Source: Eledone cirrhosa (Eukaryota). From it: DNA of 64,000 nt. Below the pieces are notes generated by a model. That model made no database searches. It was not told the origin of the DNA and saw only the letters and a program-made list of their open reading frames with translations. The stretch is taken from the NCBI GenBank assembly GCA_964016885.1, contig OZ024742.1, positions 355,818,001-355,882,000 on the forward strand. The letters are read 5' to 3'. Shown one piece after another: positions 25,192 through 39,580 of the stretch (within the stretch, counting starts at the first letter, position 1; each line of letters begins with the position of its first letter). A program made the translations under genes and the position numbers.

Positions 25192-28178
25192 ATACATGTG
25201 ACAATGGTCCGTACATGCAAACAAACACAAAAAACTCACTCCTCACCAAACTCCTCACCAAACAAAGAGTGAAAAATAAAATAGAGAGGATGTTTGGTAA
25301 CAGTAGAACCAGAACTCCCCAATGTAAGCTGATCACACTCAAACAAGAATTGAGAGCTGTTAGCGAAAAATGCCGATACCTGAAGAAGGTAGATGAGAGA
25401 AAAGTGCTTAATAAAAGATTCAGACAAAAACCAAACATCATTCTATAGAGATAGGAAGGACAAAATAATAAGTGTTACTGAGGCCCCATCCCAGAAAGAC
25501 ATAGATCCGTTTTGGAGAAAAATATGGGGTGAAAAGAAAAATTTCAACCAAGATGCAGTGTGGCTAAGAGAAATCCGAAAGAACTATTGCTCCTACACTA
25601 CAACAAAAACATACGAGATAAGTGAGGGTACCGTTGAGACTGTGATAGGAAAACTCCAAGATAAGAAAACACCAGTAAGAGATATGATTGTCGGCTACTG
25701 GTACAAAAAACTAATATTCTATCGGAGTTATCTTACTGACCTCTACCAACAAGTTATTAAGGGAGATACACTTATACCAGAATGGTTGACATTAGCACAA
25801 ACGTTACTGGTCCCCAAGAACAAAGACACCCACTTGGCAAAAACTACCGACCCATTGCATGCCAGAACCTGATGTATAAGATGTATACAGCCTGCCTGAA
25901 ACTATTTCTCCACGATCACTGTGAAAATAATAACATCATCACAGATGAACAAGCAGCTGGAAAGAAAGGGGTTTGGGGATGTACTGAACAACTCCTAATC
26001 AACAAAACTGCGATGTCGGAGGTGCGACAACTTAGGAGGAATATGACTATACTCTGGCTGGACTACAGGAAAGCTTTCGATTCTGTTCCCCACTCTTGGA
26101 TGATAGAGGCCCTCCAACTTGCTAAAGTCCCAGACATTATTGTCAGAGCCATAGAGATGCTGTCTTCTTCTTGGACTACTATCCTAAGGTTAAAGACAGA
26201 AAGGGATGACTCTATTTTCACTGATAAAATAAAATATTGCAGGGTTATATTTCAGGGGGACAGTCTCTCTGGGATATTATTCATATTGTCATTAAACCCC
26301 TTGTCCTTTCTGCTCAAGAAATGTGAGGGATACATCGTTGACTCACAGGAGGACAGAAATACGAACCTAACCCATAATTTATTTGTGGATGATCTGAAAC
26401 TCTATTTCAAGAACATGGATGGGATGAAGAAAAATCTTGACCTGGTTACAACGTTCTCAAAGGATATAGGAATGGATTTTGGCCAAGATAAATGCTCATA
26501 CATGACTGTAAAGACTGGAAAAACAACAACTCAATCTAGCAACATTGTCATCAATGGCCTAACAGTTTCACCGATATCTGATGAGCACTACTACAGATAC
26601 CTGGGGATAGATGAGAACATATCCTATAATGGTATCTGTAATAAAGAACGCGTAACCAGGCAATACTACACCCGATTAAGAAAGTTCTGGTCATCGGAAC
26701 TATCTGCTCAAAACAAGACAGTGGCTCACAATGTGTTTGCTGTGCCTGTCCTAACACCAACGTTTGGAATACTCAGTTGGACGATAGACGAAATCCGAGC
26801 AGTTGATGTTGGAACTCGAAAAATATTGAACAACACCGGAAACTTCCACATCAACAGTGACATAAACCGCCTTTACTTGAAACGTAAGCAGGGAGGCAGA
26901 GGCCTAACATCTGTCCAGACAACGTTTAAATGTCGCATCATATCTCTCCGATAACATCTACGAACCTCGAAGCGTAGGAGCCCGCTACTCGAGCAAGTCT
27001 ATCTGCATGAAACAGATAAGATCATGAGAGTTGGGAAGGAACTCCTTGAGAGATATTCCCTGTGTGATAATCAAAATCTCACATAAAGGGATGGTGCTCA
27101 GCAGTATCGCAGTGAATCCATGGATGAAAAACTGCATGCCTATCAGCAAAAGATCATGCATGGATATGTTGCCAGGAAGCTCCAGAGTGAGAGTAATATA
27201 GATAAGGAAAGTAGTCTACCTTGGACCAACAACCGCTATATTGGCTCCCACTTTGCAGGATACGCTTTTGCAATCCAGGAACAGGAGATTAGCACGAAAT
27301 ACCTGATTCTCAAAAGAGATAGGGGTGCAGGCAAAACACCTAGATGTAATAAAAAGTGCAGACTCTGCAAAACTAACATCGAGGATATCGCCCATGTCAT
27401 CAGCAGCTGTCTAAAGATGTCATCGCGGTAATATATACCTATGAGGCATGATGTAGTGGCCAAAACACTGTACAATGCAGTTGGTAAAAATGATAGCCCC
27501 GATAATAAACACATTACAAGCTACAACAATGTGGAAGACATCCATGTACATCATATGAAAGAGTACTGGTGGAATGTTCCAGTAAAAACTCCAATAAAAT
27601 GCAGGCATAACAGACCAGATATTATGATATGGGACAGGGAGAAGAAAACATGCACAGTAGTGGAAATTAGCTGCCCAGCAGATGCCAAAATAGTATCAAA
27701 GATTAGTGAAAAGGAGAATATTTATGCAGAACTGATGAGAAATCTGCAGATACTCCACTCTGATTACACCTTCAGATTTATGCCTGTGATTATTGGGGAA
27801 CTGGGATATGTTCGTAACTGCCTCAATACAAATCTTGAGAAGCTAGGCTTCACAGGAACAGAAAGAACACAATTAGTTAGGAAATTACAAGTACAATCCA
27901 TTAATGGAACAGGAAAAATATGTAAAACATTCCAAAAATGTTGCATCTAATAACTGCATATAGACATGTACAGATACAAAGCATATACACATGCACACAT
28001 ACAACTCAAAACATCCACATCCACACATACAATAACATCCATATCTACACATGCATGCATACATACATATCTACCTAGTTGATGTTGTGTAAATTCCAAT
28101 GAGAGAGTCTTGTGTCTATGTTAGAAACCGACTCTCTCTCTATTGGTAACAGTTTGTGAAATTATAAAACCAGTTGAA
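25192..28178 (+). mobile_element. 5'-truncated family-2 RLE retrotransposon (copy F) with (CATA)n tail
   Basis: ORF 25782-26954 RT (FQGDSLS, LFVDDLKL, YRYLG); CRLCKTNIEDIAHVISSC; RHD; HNRPDI..EISCP; same 3' UTR as copy D. Confidence 0.92.
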
Positions 28179-28193
28179 CATACATACATACAT

Positions 28194-29040
28194 TGACCAA
28201 TTTACAGAAAAAGTTGTGCATGGATACTTCAGACGTAAAACACAGACCATAGAGGGCATAAACCACTCAAAAAGCCTGGCATGGAGTTCCGACAAGTTTA
28301 TGACATCACACCTTGAGGGATATCTCTATGCAATACAGGAACGAGAACTCCGTACCAAATATCTGCTGCACAAAAGGGGAGGACCATCAGGTGACAATAA
28401 ATGTAGGCTATATGAAACAAAGATCGAGGATGTAAGCCAAATTGTTGCCAGCTGCGAAAGAATATCATCTCGCTACTACCACCCATGAGACACGATGTGA
28501 TAGCTAGAACCATCTGGAACGCACTTCGGAAAACAAAATTAACAACAAACCAGGAAGAATATGTTGAGACAGATGGCACTAAGGAATACTGGTGGAATCT
28601 GAAAATAAAAAAAACTGCCATCAAATTAAAGCGCAACCGGCCTGATATTGTTGTTTGGGACCACACATTGAAAACGTGTTCTGTTGTCGAGATCAGCGGC
28701 CCCCTTGATGTAAACGTTGTCAGAAAAATACAGGAGAAGGATGACATCTACAGACCATTGATGAGGAGTTTACAAATCAAGTATCCAAGATACATCTTTA
28801 GCTTCATACCCATCATTTTTGGAGCTACGGGTTATATACCAATCCGCTTGGACTAAAGTATGACTGAACTTGGATTTGCGGACAAATCCATAGTCTACAA
28901 ATGGCTGCGATAGCAGGCACCTTCAAAATTTGCAAAACATTCTTGCGATTCAAGGTATGACAATTTGTTTTCTTGTACAACCTTGCCACCAGGAAGGTGA
29001 CCGGTCAAAAAAATATACTCGAAATTAAGAGAAAGAGATA
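28194..29040 (+). mobile_element. 3' part of a third, divergent R4-clade RLE family (copy G)
   Basis: AIQERELRTKY, RHDVIA, RNRPDIVVWD..EISGP; begins right after (CATA)n and ends before acatacat. Confidence 0.85.
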
Positions 29041-29859
29041 ACATACATATATATATATATATATATGTGTGTGTGTCTGTGTATGTGTGTGTGTGCGGGG
29101 GTGGGTGGGGAATGTATGTATGTATGCAGTGGTTCATAGTTTCTAGCAAATTCTCCATAACAGATCATCTTCAACAAGTATATCAATAGGAACGTCAAAT
29201 GTATATCGATGTGACATTAGTTTATTTCACGTAGACGAGCAAATCGCCATTGACTCTACAGAGCATAACGCCTTCTTGGATATCCTTATAAAAATAACCA
29301 TAAATCATACCGACATTAAAATCCCTGAAATGATAGTACTACCTATAAATCTATAAGCTGTTGCCTGATTACCTTTGTTTTCTGACGATTATCTTGTTCA
29401 CATATTACTTACAATTTTATTGGATTTATAATATTTTGAGTTTCTACGTTCGTAAAGTAAAGATTGTTTCGTACAACCACTACAGGTAAACTTAATCGTC
29501 TCAAAGATAAGACCCTCGGCTTCTTGTCTCTTGCCAAGAGTAATTTTACCGCTTTGTCAGTACTTTTCCTTCTACCAATGTCTAACTGAATTTACCTAGG
29601 TAGAGCTACTGAGCATAAAACAGATTTGGTAGTTCATATTTATTCAAACTTTACCTTGGATCTAACCTCTGCTTATTCTTCACATGTAGCTCACCATTCT
29701 CGCAGCAGTTCCGTATTAAATATTTGATTTTCTCAAATGATTTATGCGTAATAAGTTTAATGAAGGGGCATGGAATGTTAGTTGAATCGAAGACTTTTCA
29801 ATGACCCAATCTATTAATTGGCATGTTATTAAATGGCTCCAAATAACCCATTGATCTCG

Positions 29860-29970
29860 CTTGAGGATCCATCCGCATCAGTTGGGGACGGTTGCTTCTG
29901 GCTGGACCCACTGGAAAGAGTGTTTGAGGATTCTGCCCCACTACCCTCTCAGAATTAAGCGGACGAACAA
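29860..29970 (+). mobile_element. RTE-like LINE 3' end fragment
   Basis: ctggaaagagtgtttgaggattctgcc matches the reverse complement of ~11446-11475. Confidence 0.5.
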
Positions 29971-31611
29971 GTGTTCAAGCGTTGACAGATATTGTTTCTC
30001 TCTGTCACCGTTAGAACAAAATGATGGCGAGGTCATCTAAAAAACATATTGTAATGAGGCTGTTTGCTTGCAAATGAATCGAATAATACTATTAATTGTT
30101 GAGATTATTCAATCCCACACAACACTTGATATGATCTATTCATCATTTACTCTTAGCCAAACTAAGCGATATTTCATTCCTTCTAAACAAATACGCTGCC
30201 AGAATTATAGTTCTACCCTCCAATCAAATTATAATCACCCTTCTCAGAATCTCTTGAAATGTTGATCGACATATTTATTTTCTGTTCAAAGATTTACTCT
30301 TCGTGTCCATTCTTTTGTTTCTATTGATGCCTCAATTATCCTGTGTCAATAACGAAGGTTACCTGAATTTTAAATCATGCCGTAAAAGCAATTATGTCGT
30401 ATTGTAATTTGTTAGCGTTGGACAAAGTGATGTATTACCGTACTGTAGTAGTTCGCTAACAAACTCCTCTGGCTTTAGAAATTATAATGGGTTTCCAGCT
30501 TGTTCTAATATTCAATTCTTAAAATGTGGTTGATGATAACTTGGAACTGTCTTACGATGACGAATAACACTTTAATTGTAAATTGTGGCAATCCCGTAAT
30601 CGTAAATTGGAAGTTTCCGTCTCATTCCAAGATAGGAATTATAAAATTTGAGAAACAAAATAACACATTTGTTATTATTCTTCATTCTGTTCAACAGAAA
30701 GGTCACAATATATTGTGAATCCATGATTCCATGATTATTCCAAGTATAAATTGCATGGATAATGGAACACCACATATGTTTACATAGAGTTCTTAACATA
30801 TATTACATATAGGCAATATAAGATGGTTATAAAAGAACAGCGTGTAGAAACAAAACTTATTCTAAACATAATGTGATTTATGTTCTATTGCTGGGTTTAT
30901 TTTAGATTACAAGGCCTTTTAAAGATCTAATTTGTGTTAGATATCCCCATACAGTATGTGTATAGTATAACAATTCCTTTATTGCAATGTTATTTTTCTA
31001 TAGCTCGACCATTGCTTGAAATATTATATGTGAGAATAGTTTTCTGTACTTATTGACCGACGTTGGTTATAGAGTTCTGAAGCTATTATTATGTTGGACA
31101 AGACAATTGACTATAAAATATTATTGTTTATGAAATATTCATTCACATTTTCTTCAATGCTCGTGTTGTTAAATCTTGATTCGCAATCTGCTTCATTTAG
31201 TTCTCTCTTGGATGGTGATATTCTGTGGTAGACGTAACCGACAGTGTCGCAGGATTCATGATGTTAACTTTCCTTCAATGCTGTACATTTTAAGTGACAA
31301 ATCATGATCATGGATTGTTGTAAATTTGTTACCATATAGATGAAATATATACCACTTTCGTAACCTATCATTCCATCTGCATTTCTATTCGGATCACGTT
31401 AATCTTCTAGAAATAACTTCGATATTTTTTGTCATTCTTTGATTGTTAGTTTGTGATATACATTCTCTTAAACCAATTGCGATGACATAAAATATTAATT
31501 TTCTCAATAATCTGATGATGAAGTTTAAAATTAGTTCCTTAAATTCATTAAACCCGCTATTATATGTCTCTCTCTCTCTCTCTTCTTCTTCTTCTTCTTC
31601 TTTTTCTTCTT

Positions 31612-31803
31612 CTTCACCCACTTATTCCTGCGAGGGTCGTGGGGGAAGAGTCCTCAAACATTCCTTCCAGCAGGTTCTGTCAAAAGCTATCGGCTGGATC
31701 CGCAAATGAGATCAGCCAAGCTCATAATTGTTATCCAACTATCTTGCTCGAGATCTACCATTGGGTCCCCTGCGGGTTGGCTTTGCCCCTAAATTCTGTC
31801 CAG
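31612..31803 (-). mobile_element. RTE-like LINE 3' end with (GAA)n tail
   Basis: Matches the 11412-11600 family. Confidence 0.55.
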
Positions 31804-32607
31804 TTGACAAAATTATTGTTTTTGTTAAAGCATTTTCGAATTGATCTACTTTTCATAATTTTGTTTTATTCTTGATACAAAAACAGTTTGTTTATGAAGA
31901 TTTTAGATGAATTATGGTGAGAAAGTAATTAATATTTTTCCTTTCGAACATACATTTATTAATAATTATCAACAAATGTATGTTCGAAAGGATATATATT
32001 ATAATTTAGTCTATGACCAATTGTCTTAGTGGATGGTGGATAGTTTACAATATTTTCGCTACATCTTCTATGATTTGATTCTTATCAGTGTGACGTATCA
32101 GATCAGTTTGATGTATGAGACCACTGATTTCGTAAGTGATTAGCCATTTTCTGCCACATATCTACAACTCTAAATAGAGAATGTTTTTTTTATAATGATA
32201 TAAACCGTTGGAGCAATGCAGTTTGATATATTATCTTCCTTGCCCCTTATATCTATTCCCGCCACAAGAATCTCTAGTTCCACTTAATTAATATAATCCA
32301 GAAACAAATAGTAAGGCGTAAGGTTTTCTATTAACTTAATACTGCGGCATTAATGTATTAAGGCTATGTTCATTATCGATCACAATATGTGTGAAGTTAA
32401 TTAGATTTAGATTAGATTAAAATTCAGTATTATGAAACTGAGAGAAAATTGGACTGTAACATATCATATGATAATGTCCTTCATTTTAAGATAAATGAGC
32501 TAATCAAATAAATTACAGATTTTATTAAGACCACATCGTGTATCAACGACATATTCCTATGTATAGAATTTGGTATTATTATTAGACACACTGTATTATT
32601 ATTATTG

Positions 32608-32800
32608 AAGGCGGTGAATTGGCAGTATCGGTAGAGGGTTGGACGCCATGCTTTCTAGCATAGTTACGTCCCTTTACAGTCTGAATTCACATCCAGCCGA
32701 GGTTAACTTTGCCTTTCATCCTTACAGGGTCGATAAAATAAAGTACCAGTAATGCACTGGGTAATTGCTGGCCTTGTGCCTAAAGTAGAAACAATTATTA
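32608..32800 (+). mobile_element. Full-length tRNA/Nin-domain SINE
   Basis: Complete head, core and tail; flanked by attattag(a/t)cacactg. Confidence 0.85.
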
Positions 32801-33075
32801 GTCACACTGACAAACTCCTTTAGTGTTTGGCTGTCTGTTGAAATAATAAAGTAGGTACCACCAGGGTTACCCTCTATCTAGGATACACATACATGTACCC
32901 AAGGACTTTTCGTAAAACGCTCAATCTATTAATTAATCAATGATTAAAATAGAATTACTGCCTACATGCATTTTGATATATATATACCCTCGAACTAGAA
33001 GATCATAGACAGGAGGACTACGAAAGCACATCAGCGCTAAATAATGACAATATATGTATAGTATATACAGAGACA

Positions 33076-33136
<61 letters not shown>

Positions 33137-33224
33137 CGGGCGAAGGATAAGAACACCCGCTTTGTCCGTTCCCTTGTCGATTCAGTTTGGATTACCCCGG
33201 GAACATAACCTTATTATGTAAGAA

Positions 33225-33299
33225 GCTGTCTGATGATGTCACGACACTGGGTACACGGAAGCGTGTGGCCACTGTCGTCATTGAAATCTGTATCACAGC
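33225..33299 (+). ncRNA. Type-I hammerhead ribozyme with extended stem II
   Basis: gctgt-CTGATGA-tgtcACGACA...TGTCGTcatt-GAAA-TctgtA-TC-acagc. Confidence 0.75.
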
Positions 33300-33387
33300 A
33301 TTATCATTAAAGTAATCTAACATCTGAGGACTAACAAAAACAAATGTTGATCGATAGACAGATAGAAAGACAGAGACAGAGAGACAA

Positions 33388-33419
<32 letters not shown>

Positions 33420-33436
33420 TGAGAGAGAGAGCGAGA

Positions 33437-33515
<79 letters not shown>

Positions 33516-33825
33516 AAATGAAATATAGAGAGATAAAAAATGAGATAAAGGGGAGAAAGATATTTTGAGGTATTTTACTCATCTAATTAGCATTAATGTG
33601 TTTGCTATCGAAACATATGAAGCCAAGCCAAGCTAAATCAGCAGATGCAATAGGCAACTGTCTAATGAATTTGCTGTGAAAATTAGAAAACGTATCAGTA
33701 ATGCATATAAAGAGGATTTCAATCAAAATATCTTTCGAGATTTAAGCTGTAAGTATAATTAAAAACTGGTCTTACTGAAAATGTGACCGTGGAATTACAT
33801 TTCAGTACTCTCTCTCTCTCTCTCT

Positions 33826-33910
<85 letters not shown>

Positions 33911-33925
33911 ATATATAAATATATA

Positions 33926-33984
<59 letters not shown>

Positions 33985-35893
33985 CACTTTTACTCTTTTA
34001 CCTGTTCCAGCCATCCGGCTGAGGCCATGCTGGACACTGCCCTTGTTGCTACACATTTTATCTCCAGCCTGTACTGGTTGGCCACTGGTGCAAGAGGGAA
34101 TTCGTTGCTGCTGTCTTTAGGTTTCCCTTGTGCCATGCTGTGGGCTCATCCGGGATCCTGGATAGCAAGGTGTCGAGATGTTTCTTAAAGACATCCACAT
34201 TCACACCATGCAGATCTCTCAGATCCCTCGGCAGCTTGTTGAAGAGTTGAGGGCCCTTGAACCTCAGACTATTGCAATATCTGCTCCTTATTCTAGATGT
34301 GGAAGACGGGACCTTTGGCACCACACAGTGACGCCCTGTTCGACGGTCGGTCCAGCTTCCAATGCCAAAGTTTGGTTTTAGTCCCTCCAGGATTTTCCAC
34401 ATGTAGATCACTGCGTATCTCTCCCTTCTTCGTTCCAAGGAGTAAAAGTTCAGTTCTTTTAGCCTCTCCCAGTACCTTATCTCCTTCATCGTCTCAATCC
34501 ACTTGGTGTAGCTTCGCTGGATTGCCTCAAGCTCCGTGGTTAGTTTGACACTATGGCGTGACCACAACTGGGAGCAATAGTCCAGGCGTCTTAGGATAAA
34601 AATGTTATCCAAAGTGTCAACATGGTGTCTCGGTCTCTTGTCGGGAAAGTCTTCAAGATCCAGCCAGAGAGTCGTCTGCACATTGTCGCCACTTTCATGA
34701 TGTGTGAGGAGAAAGATCCATCATCGCACATGTCTATACCCAGGTCTCGTATCGATTTCGACACGGGGATATCGGTCTCTCCTGGTCCGGCGTAACTGTG
34801 TTGTACTGTATTTATGTTTGCAGGTTTGTATTGTAGGGCTTGGAATTCGCCAGCATTAAACTGCACGTTGTTGTCTTCCGCCCATGTGTATATCGCATCA
34901 AGATCTTGTTGTAAATGGGCAGCGTCGGCCGTGTTTTTGATTGCCTGTGCTACCTTTGTTTCATTAGCATAGCTAGTGAGGGATGTTGTTGTATGTACTA
35001 CAGACGGTATGTCTGAGAGAGCCACCAAAAATAGTAGTGGTCCCAGGACTGTGCCTTGGGGCACCCCACTTGTTATTGATGTTTCCTTTGAGAGGGCCCC
35101 GTTTGCTGCGACTGTCTGGCTTCTGTCCTTTAAGAAGTCATGCAGTCACTCACCTACTTTTCCCGTTATGCCGAGTCCGTATATTTTGTGACATATCATT
35201 CCGTAGTCGACCTTGTCAAAGGCCTTCGCAAAGTCAAGATATATCACGTCTACATGTGAGCTGTCTAGTAGTTGTTTCAGTACCCAGTCGTAGTGATGTA
35301 GCAGCTGTGTAAGGCAGCTTCTTCCTGGGCGGAAGCCATGCTGTGTGCTAGTCAGGCGGTCATTTACCTCGAGGAGAGTAATTAGTTGTTTCTGATGATT
35401 CGCTCCAGGACCTTACTGATATGTGACATCAAGGAGACTGGCCTGTGGTTTTGGGCCTCCGCTCTGCTACCTCCCTTATGGATAGAGCATATTGTGCCTT
35501 TTTTAGCTCCCTGGGTAGTATACCGCTAGCGAAGGAGCTTCTGAAGAGCTTCTTCAGTAGAATTGCTAAGTCCCGCTTACATGTTTTTAAGAGAACTGCT
35601 GGGAATCCATCAGGTCCAGCAGTTGAGTCTGTTCTAATTTCATCCATTGCGTATACCACATCCGTCTCCGTCAGGTCTATGTGGTTGATGGTCGCCATTT
35701 CTCTATGGAGTTTTGTGACATCAAAGAACTCCTCTGGCTTTGTTAGTTGCATGTGCCTCAGTGGACATAATGAACAGACTTTTGTACTGTTCGTTCAGTA
35801 TTTCACTTATCTTTTAGGGATTTTCCGTTAATGAACCGTCTGTATGGAAGAGTGGCCCAATCTTGCAGTGTACCGAGGCAGTTTCTTTTGCAA
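33985..35893 (-). mobile_element. 5'-truncated, decayed CR1-group LINE (ORF2 RT)
   Basis: AGPDGFP, PQGTVLGPLLF, YANETK (mutated YADD), RDLGI, LDYCSQLW, LYSLERRR-like motif; flanked by (TA)n. Confidence 0.88.
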
Positions 35894-35971
35894 ATTTAAA
35901 GAATATATGTTTATATGTATATATATATAAACATACACGTACAAACATATATATATATATATATATACATG

Positions 35972-36040
<69 letters not shown>

Positions 36041-36430
36041 ACATGCACACATATATATATATATATATATATTTAGAAACACACAGATACATGCGGACAC
36101 ACACATATATACATGAATGCATCCGCACCCAACTGCGAGTTAAGGGTGCCAACTTCACCGATGTTGCTCAATGAATGACTGGGACAGACCAATTCAGTTT
36201 GAACCAGACTGAACCAGTATCAGAGTTAAAAATACATTATGAAGAGAGAAGAAACATTTAGATATAATTGGTAATAAAATGTATCATACCTAAACTGCTC
36301 CTAAATTCCTCGACTACGTAGTTTCGTGGCATAAACAAAAACAATATATCAAAGATATAGAGTCCTAAACATACGTACAAGTATATATATATATATAAAT
36401 ATATACATTTATATATATATATTTATATAC

Positions 36431-36484
<54 letters not shown>

Positions 36485-36736
36485 AAGATGAATTTGTTTG
36501 GCATGGTTTTTGATATGAAATCGTGTGTCGAAACAAATATTGTTATACTTGGGGAGAGTCATATTGTTGTAATAATATTCCCAGAATTAATAACAGAACA
36601 CACTAACGGTTTGTTTGCTTTTCGCTTCTGAATCTTTGATATCAGTTAATTTATTCGGTCCTCAAGGTTTACCATTGACTGACCAACGGTCAAATATACA
36701 GATATAATATAGGCACAAACACATATATATAGTCTA

Positions 36737-36778
36737 ACAAAGTTCTTTCGTTGCACATCTGCAACATCATCAGTGGTG
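36737..36778 (-). ncRNA. Minimal hammerhead ribozyme
   Basis: CTGATGA-t-GTTGCA-gatg-TGCAAC-GAAA-GaaC-TT; same family as 1574 and 58024; stem I weak. Confidence 0.6.
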
Positions 36779-37100
36779 CTATTGTTTCCTCCTGTTGTAT
36801 TGTATGTCAACGCCATCTTTATTTAATCTGTTTATTTATTTATTTATCTATTTTTGTCTTCTCTGCGCATGCGTTGCGTGTGTGTATAGTGTTTGGTGTA
36901 TGTTCGCGTTTGGGTGACTTTGTTTTGTTTATTGTATTCTATTTTAGTTTACTAGTGTGTGTTTATATGTTTGTTGTCATTGTGCTTGTGTATATATTTA
37001 TTATTTATTTATATTTCTCTTAGGTCTGTAGTGTTGTTGTTATTCCATTTATTTTTTCTGTTTAGCTTTGGCCTTCTAAGTTCTATTTCACTTGCCTCTT

Positions 37101-37410
37101 GACCGAACATTCAGCACCTTCTACCCCGGGCGGCCGACCGAGGTAGAAGGTGCTGAATGTTCGGTCGCCCTCATGTCTCTGATTTTCCGCCCCATGGATT
37201 TTGTCTATTGAATTCCTTTGTTATATTTTGAATACCTGAATATAATGTCTTTATTTAGTTTTTCTGACAATTCCACTAACATTACGCGCTTCAAATAGAT
37301 ATAGAATTGATCTGTCTAATAAAAAGAACAGCAATATAATAATAGGGATACTATGGTCATTAAAATGATCATAGTATAATAAACCTTTCACACCAGTCCA
37401 GCCTCCTTTT
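37101..37410 (+). mobile_element. 3' end of a PLE-like family related to 49560-49761, with a 25-bp perfect hairpin and a disrupted hammerhead
   Basis: cccatggatttt..aatacctga..ggtcatt-aaaa-tgatcatagtataataaacc shared with 49610-49720. Confidence 0.7.
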
Positions 37411-37423
37411 ATTATATAATATG

Positions 37424-37500
<77 letters not shown>

Positions 37501-37557
37501 GGAAAAAATGAAACGAAATGTCATTTCCCGCTCTTAATACGGCTGTTACTTAAATAT

Positions 37558-37924
37558 AAGTATGTACACATACATACATATATGTATACAGACGTACAGT
37601 AGTATGTATATATATATATACATACATGCACACATATATATATGTACGTATGGATTCACCGAACATTTATTATAATACTCGGTGTGTTTGTAAACAAACA
37701 TCCCGTATTTAGCCGTAGTGTCCAGCAACCATCGCTGACAAAGGAACACTGTACTAGTTTCAAGCTTATTAGCTATCGTCAGCCACGTATACCTTCCTGC
37801 CAGATTATAATAAATGTTCGGTGAATCCATACGTACATATATATATATGTGCATGTATGTATATATATATATATACATACTAATGTACGTCTGTATACAT
37901 ATATGTATGTACGTGTACATACTT
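37558..37924 (-). mobile_element. PLE-like element: ~120-bp inverted repeats around a hammerhead (37746-37788)
   Basis: Arms 37558-37676 and 37805-37924; CTGACGA-tAGCTaataAGCTt-GAAA-CTAG-TA; same family as 16150-16670. Confidence 0.75.
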
Positions 37925-37966
37925 ATATATATATATATATATGTGTGTGTGTATATATAGATATAT

Positions 37967-38088
<122 letters not shown>

Positions 38089-38099
38089 ATATATATATA

Positions 38100-38134
<35 letters not shown>

Positions 38135-38137
38135 GGG

Positions 38138-38169
<32 letters not shown>

Positions 38170-38331
38170 CGAAACATAAGTCAATTGCATGAACTCATAA
38201 TCCTTTATTTACTGGTATATATATATTTTGATGATAGCCATTGAATAGCTATGACCTCTTCAGGCAGTTAGTCAGTTCTTAGATATGCCAGCTCTGTGTC
38301 TATAGTGTTGATGGTATCAGAGCCCTGGGAC

Positions 38332-38400
<69 letters not shown>

Positions 38401-39068
38401 CGCTTTGGGGGGGTCATTCAGAAACGAAATTTATATATATATATATTCACATACATATAGAGATATACAGATAGACAGATAGATAAATCATTCTATGTAT
38501 TAGTTTAGTATATACTATTACATCGATAAGCTACGAAATAATTTGCCATGTTGAAAGAAACGCAGTAAGCAGGAAGCTAATATCTGATAAAAGAGCAACA
38601 AAGTGAACGTGATAACATTTCTGAAATCAAATAGACAGAAGCCATTAGAACAAACTATTTACAATAGATATTACTGAAACATGACGATTCAGTGTTTTAT
38701 TAAAGAAATAACAATTGGAAAACTAGCTTGTAAGAATCTAACTACTAATGTAAACTTAGTTACCATGTCTTTATTTAGTTTTTCTGACAATTCCACCAAC
38801 ATTACGCGTTTCAAATAGATATAGAATTGATCTGTCCAATAAAAAGAACAGAAATATAATAATAGGGATATTTAATAAACAAGGTGAAATGAGTTAGTGG
38901 ATAAATGTGTGTGTCTGAGTTGATATCCTCTGTATGACTGTGTAGCAACTAGTTACGTATGGAATGATAGTGACCCTAAGAAGTGATAAGAATGTATGTG
39001 TCCACATAGAAATACGATTTGACAATCCATTGCGATTAGTTAACGATTTAAATTTACACGCACGCCGC

Positions 39069-39150
<82 letters not shown>

Positions 39151-39214
39151 ACAGGTTCAATCAGCAGTAACCACAGTAAGTAATGTACTCAATACATAGT
39201 AGAGTTTAAATATT

Positions 39215-39334
39215 TAATATAGAAATGGCTTCTACAGGAGTAGAACTGCTTCATTCGGGAGAAATCATCATGGCTTCCAGATGATTTCTCCCGAATGAAA
39301 CAGTTCCAGTTCTGTAGAAGCCATTTCTATATTA
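39215..39334. repeat. ~55-bp-arm imperfect palindrome
   Basis: taatatagaaatggcttctacag...gaaatcatc / gatgatttc...ctgtagaagccatttctatatta. Confidence 0.85.
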
Positions 39335-39390
39335 TATATATATATGACATTTTTTTCCAATTCCAACCCGCCCGTTTATTTCTCATTATT

Positions 39391-39426
39391 TCTTCTGATG
39401 AAGAATTAGCGTCCGAAATGCTAAGA
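39391..39426 (+). ncRNA. Degenerate minimal hammerhead
   Basis: tctt-CTGATGA-agaattagcgtcc-GAAA-tgct-aaga. Confidence 0.5.
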
Positions 39427-39521
39427 CCCTCTTCCTGCTATATGAAGCGTTAACCTAATATATCCCTTCCATATACTGTTCCGATTGTGTTGTTATTTTT
39501 GTTTCCCTTTTACATATGTAA

Positions 39522-39580
<59 letters not shown>

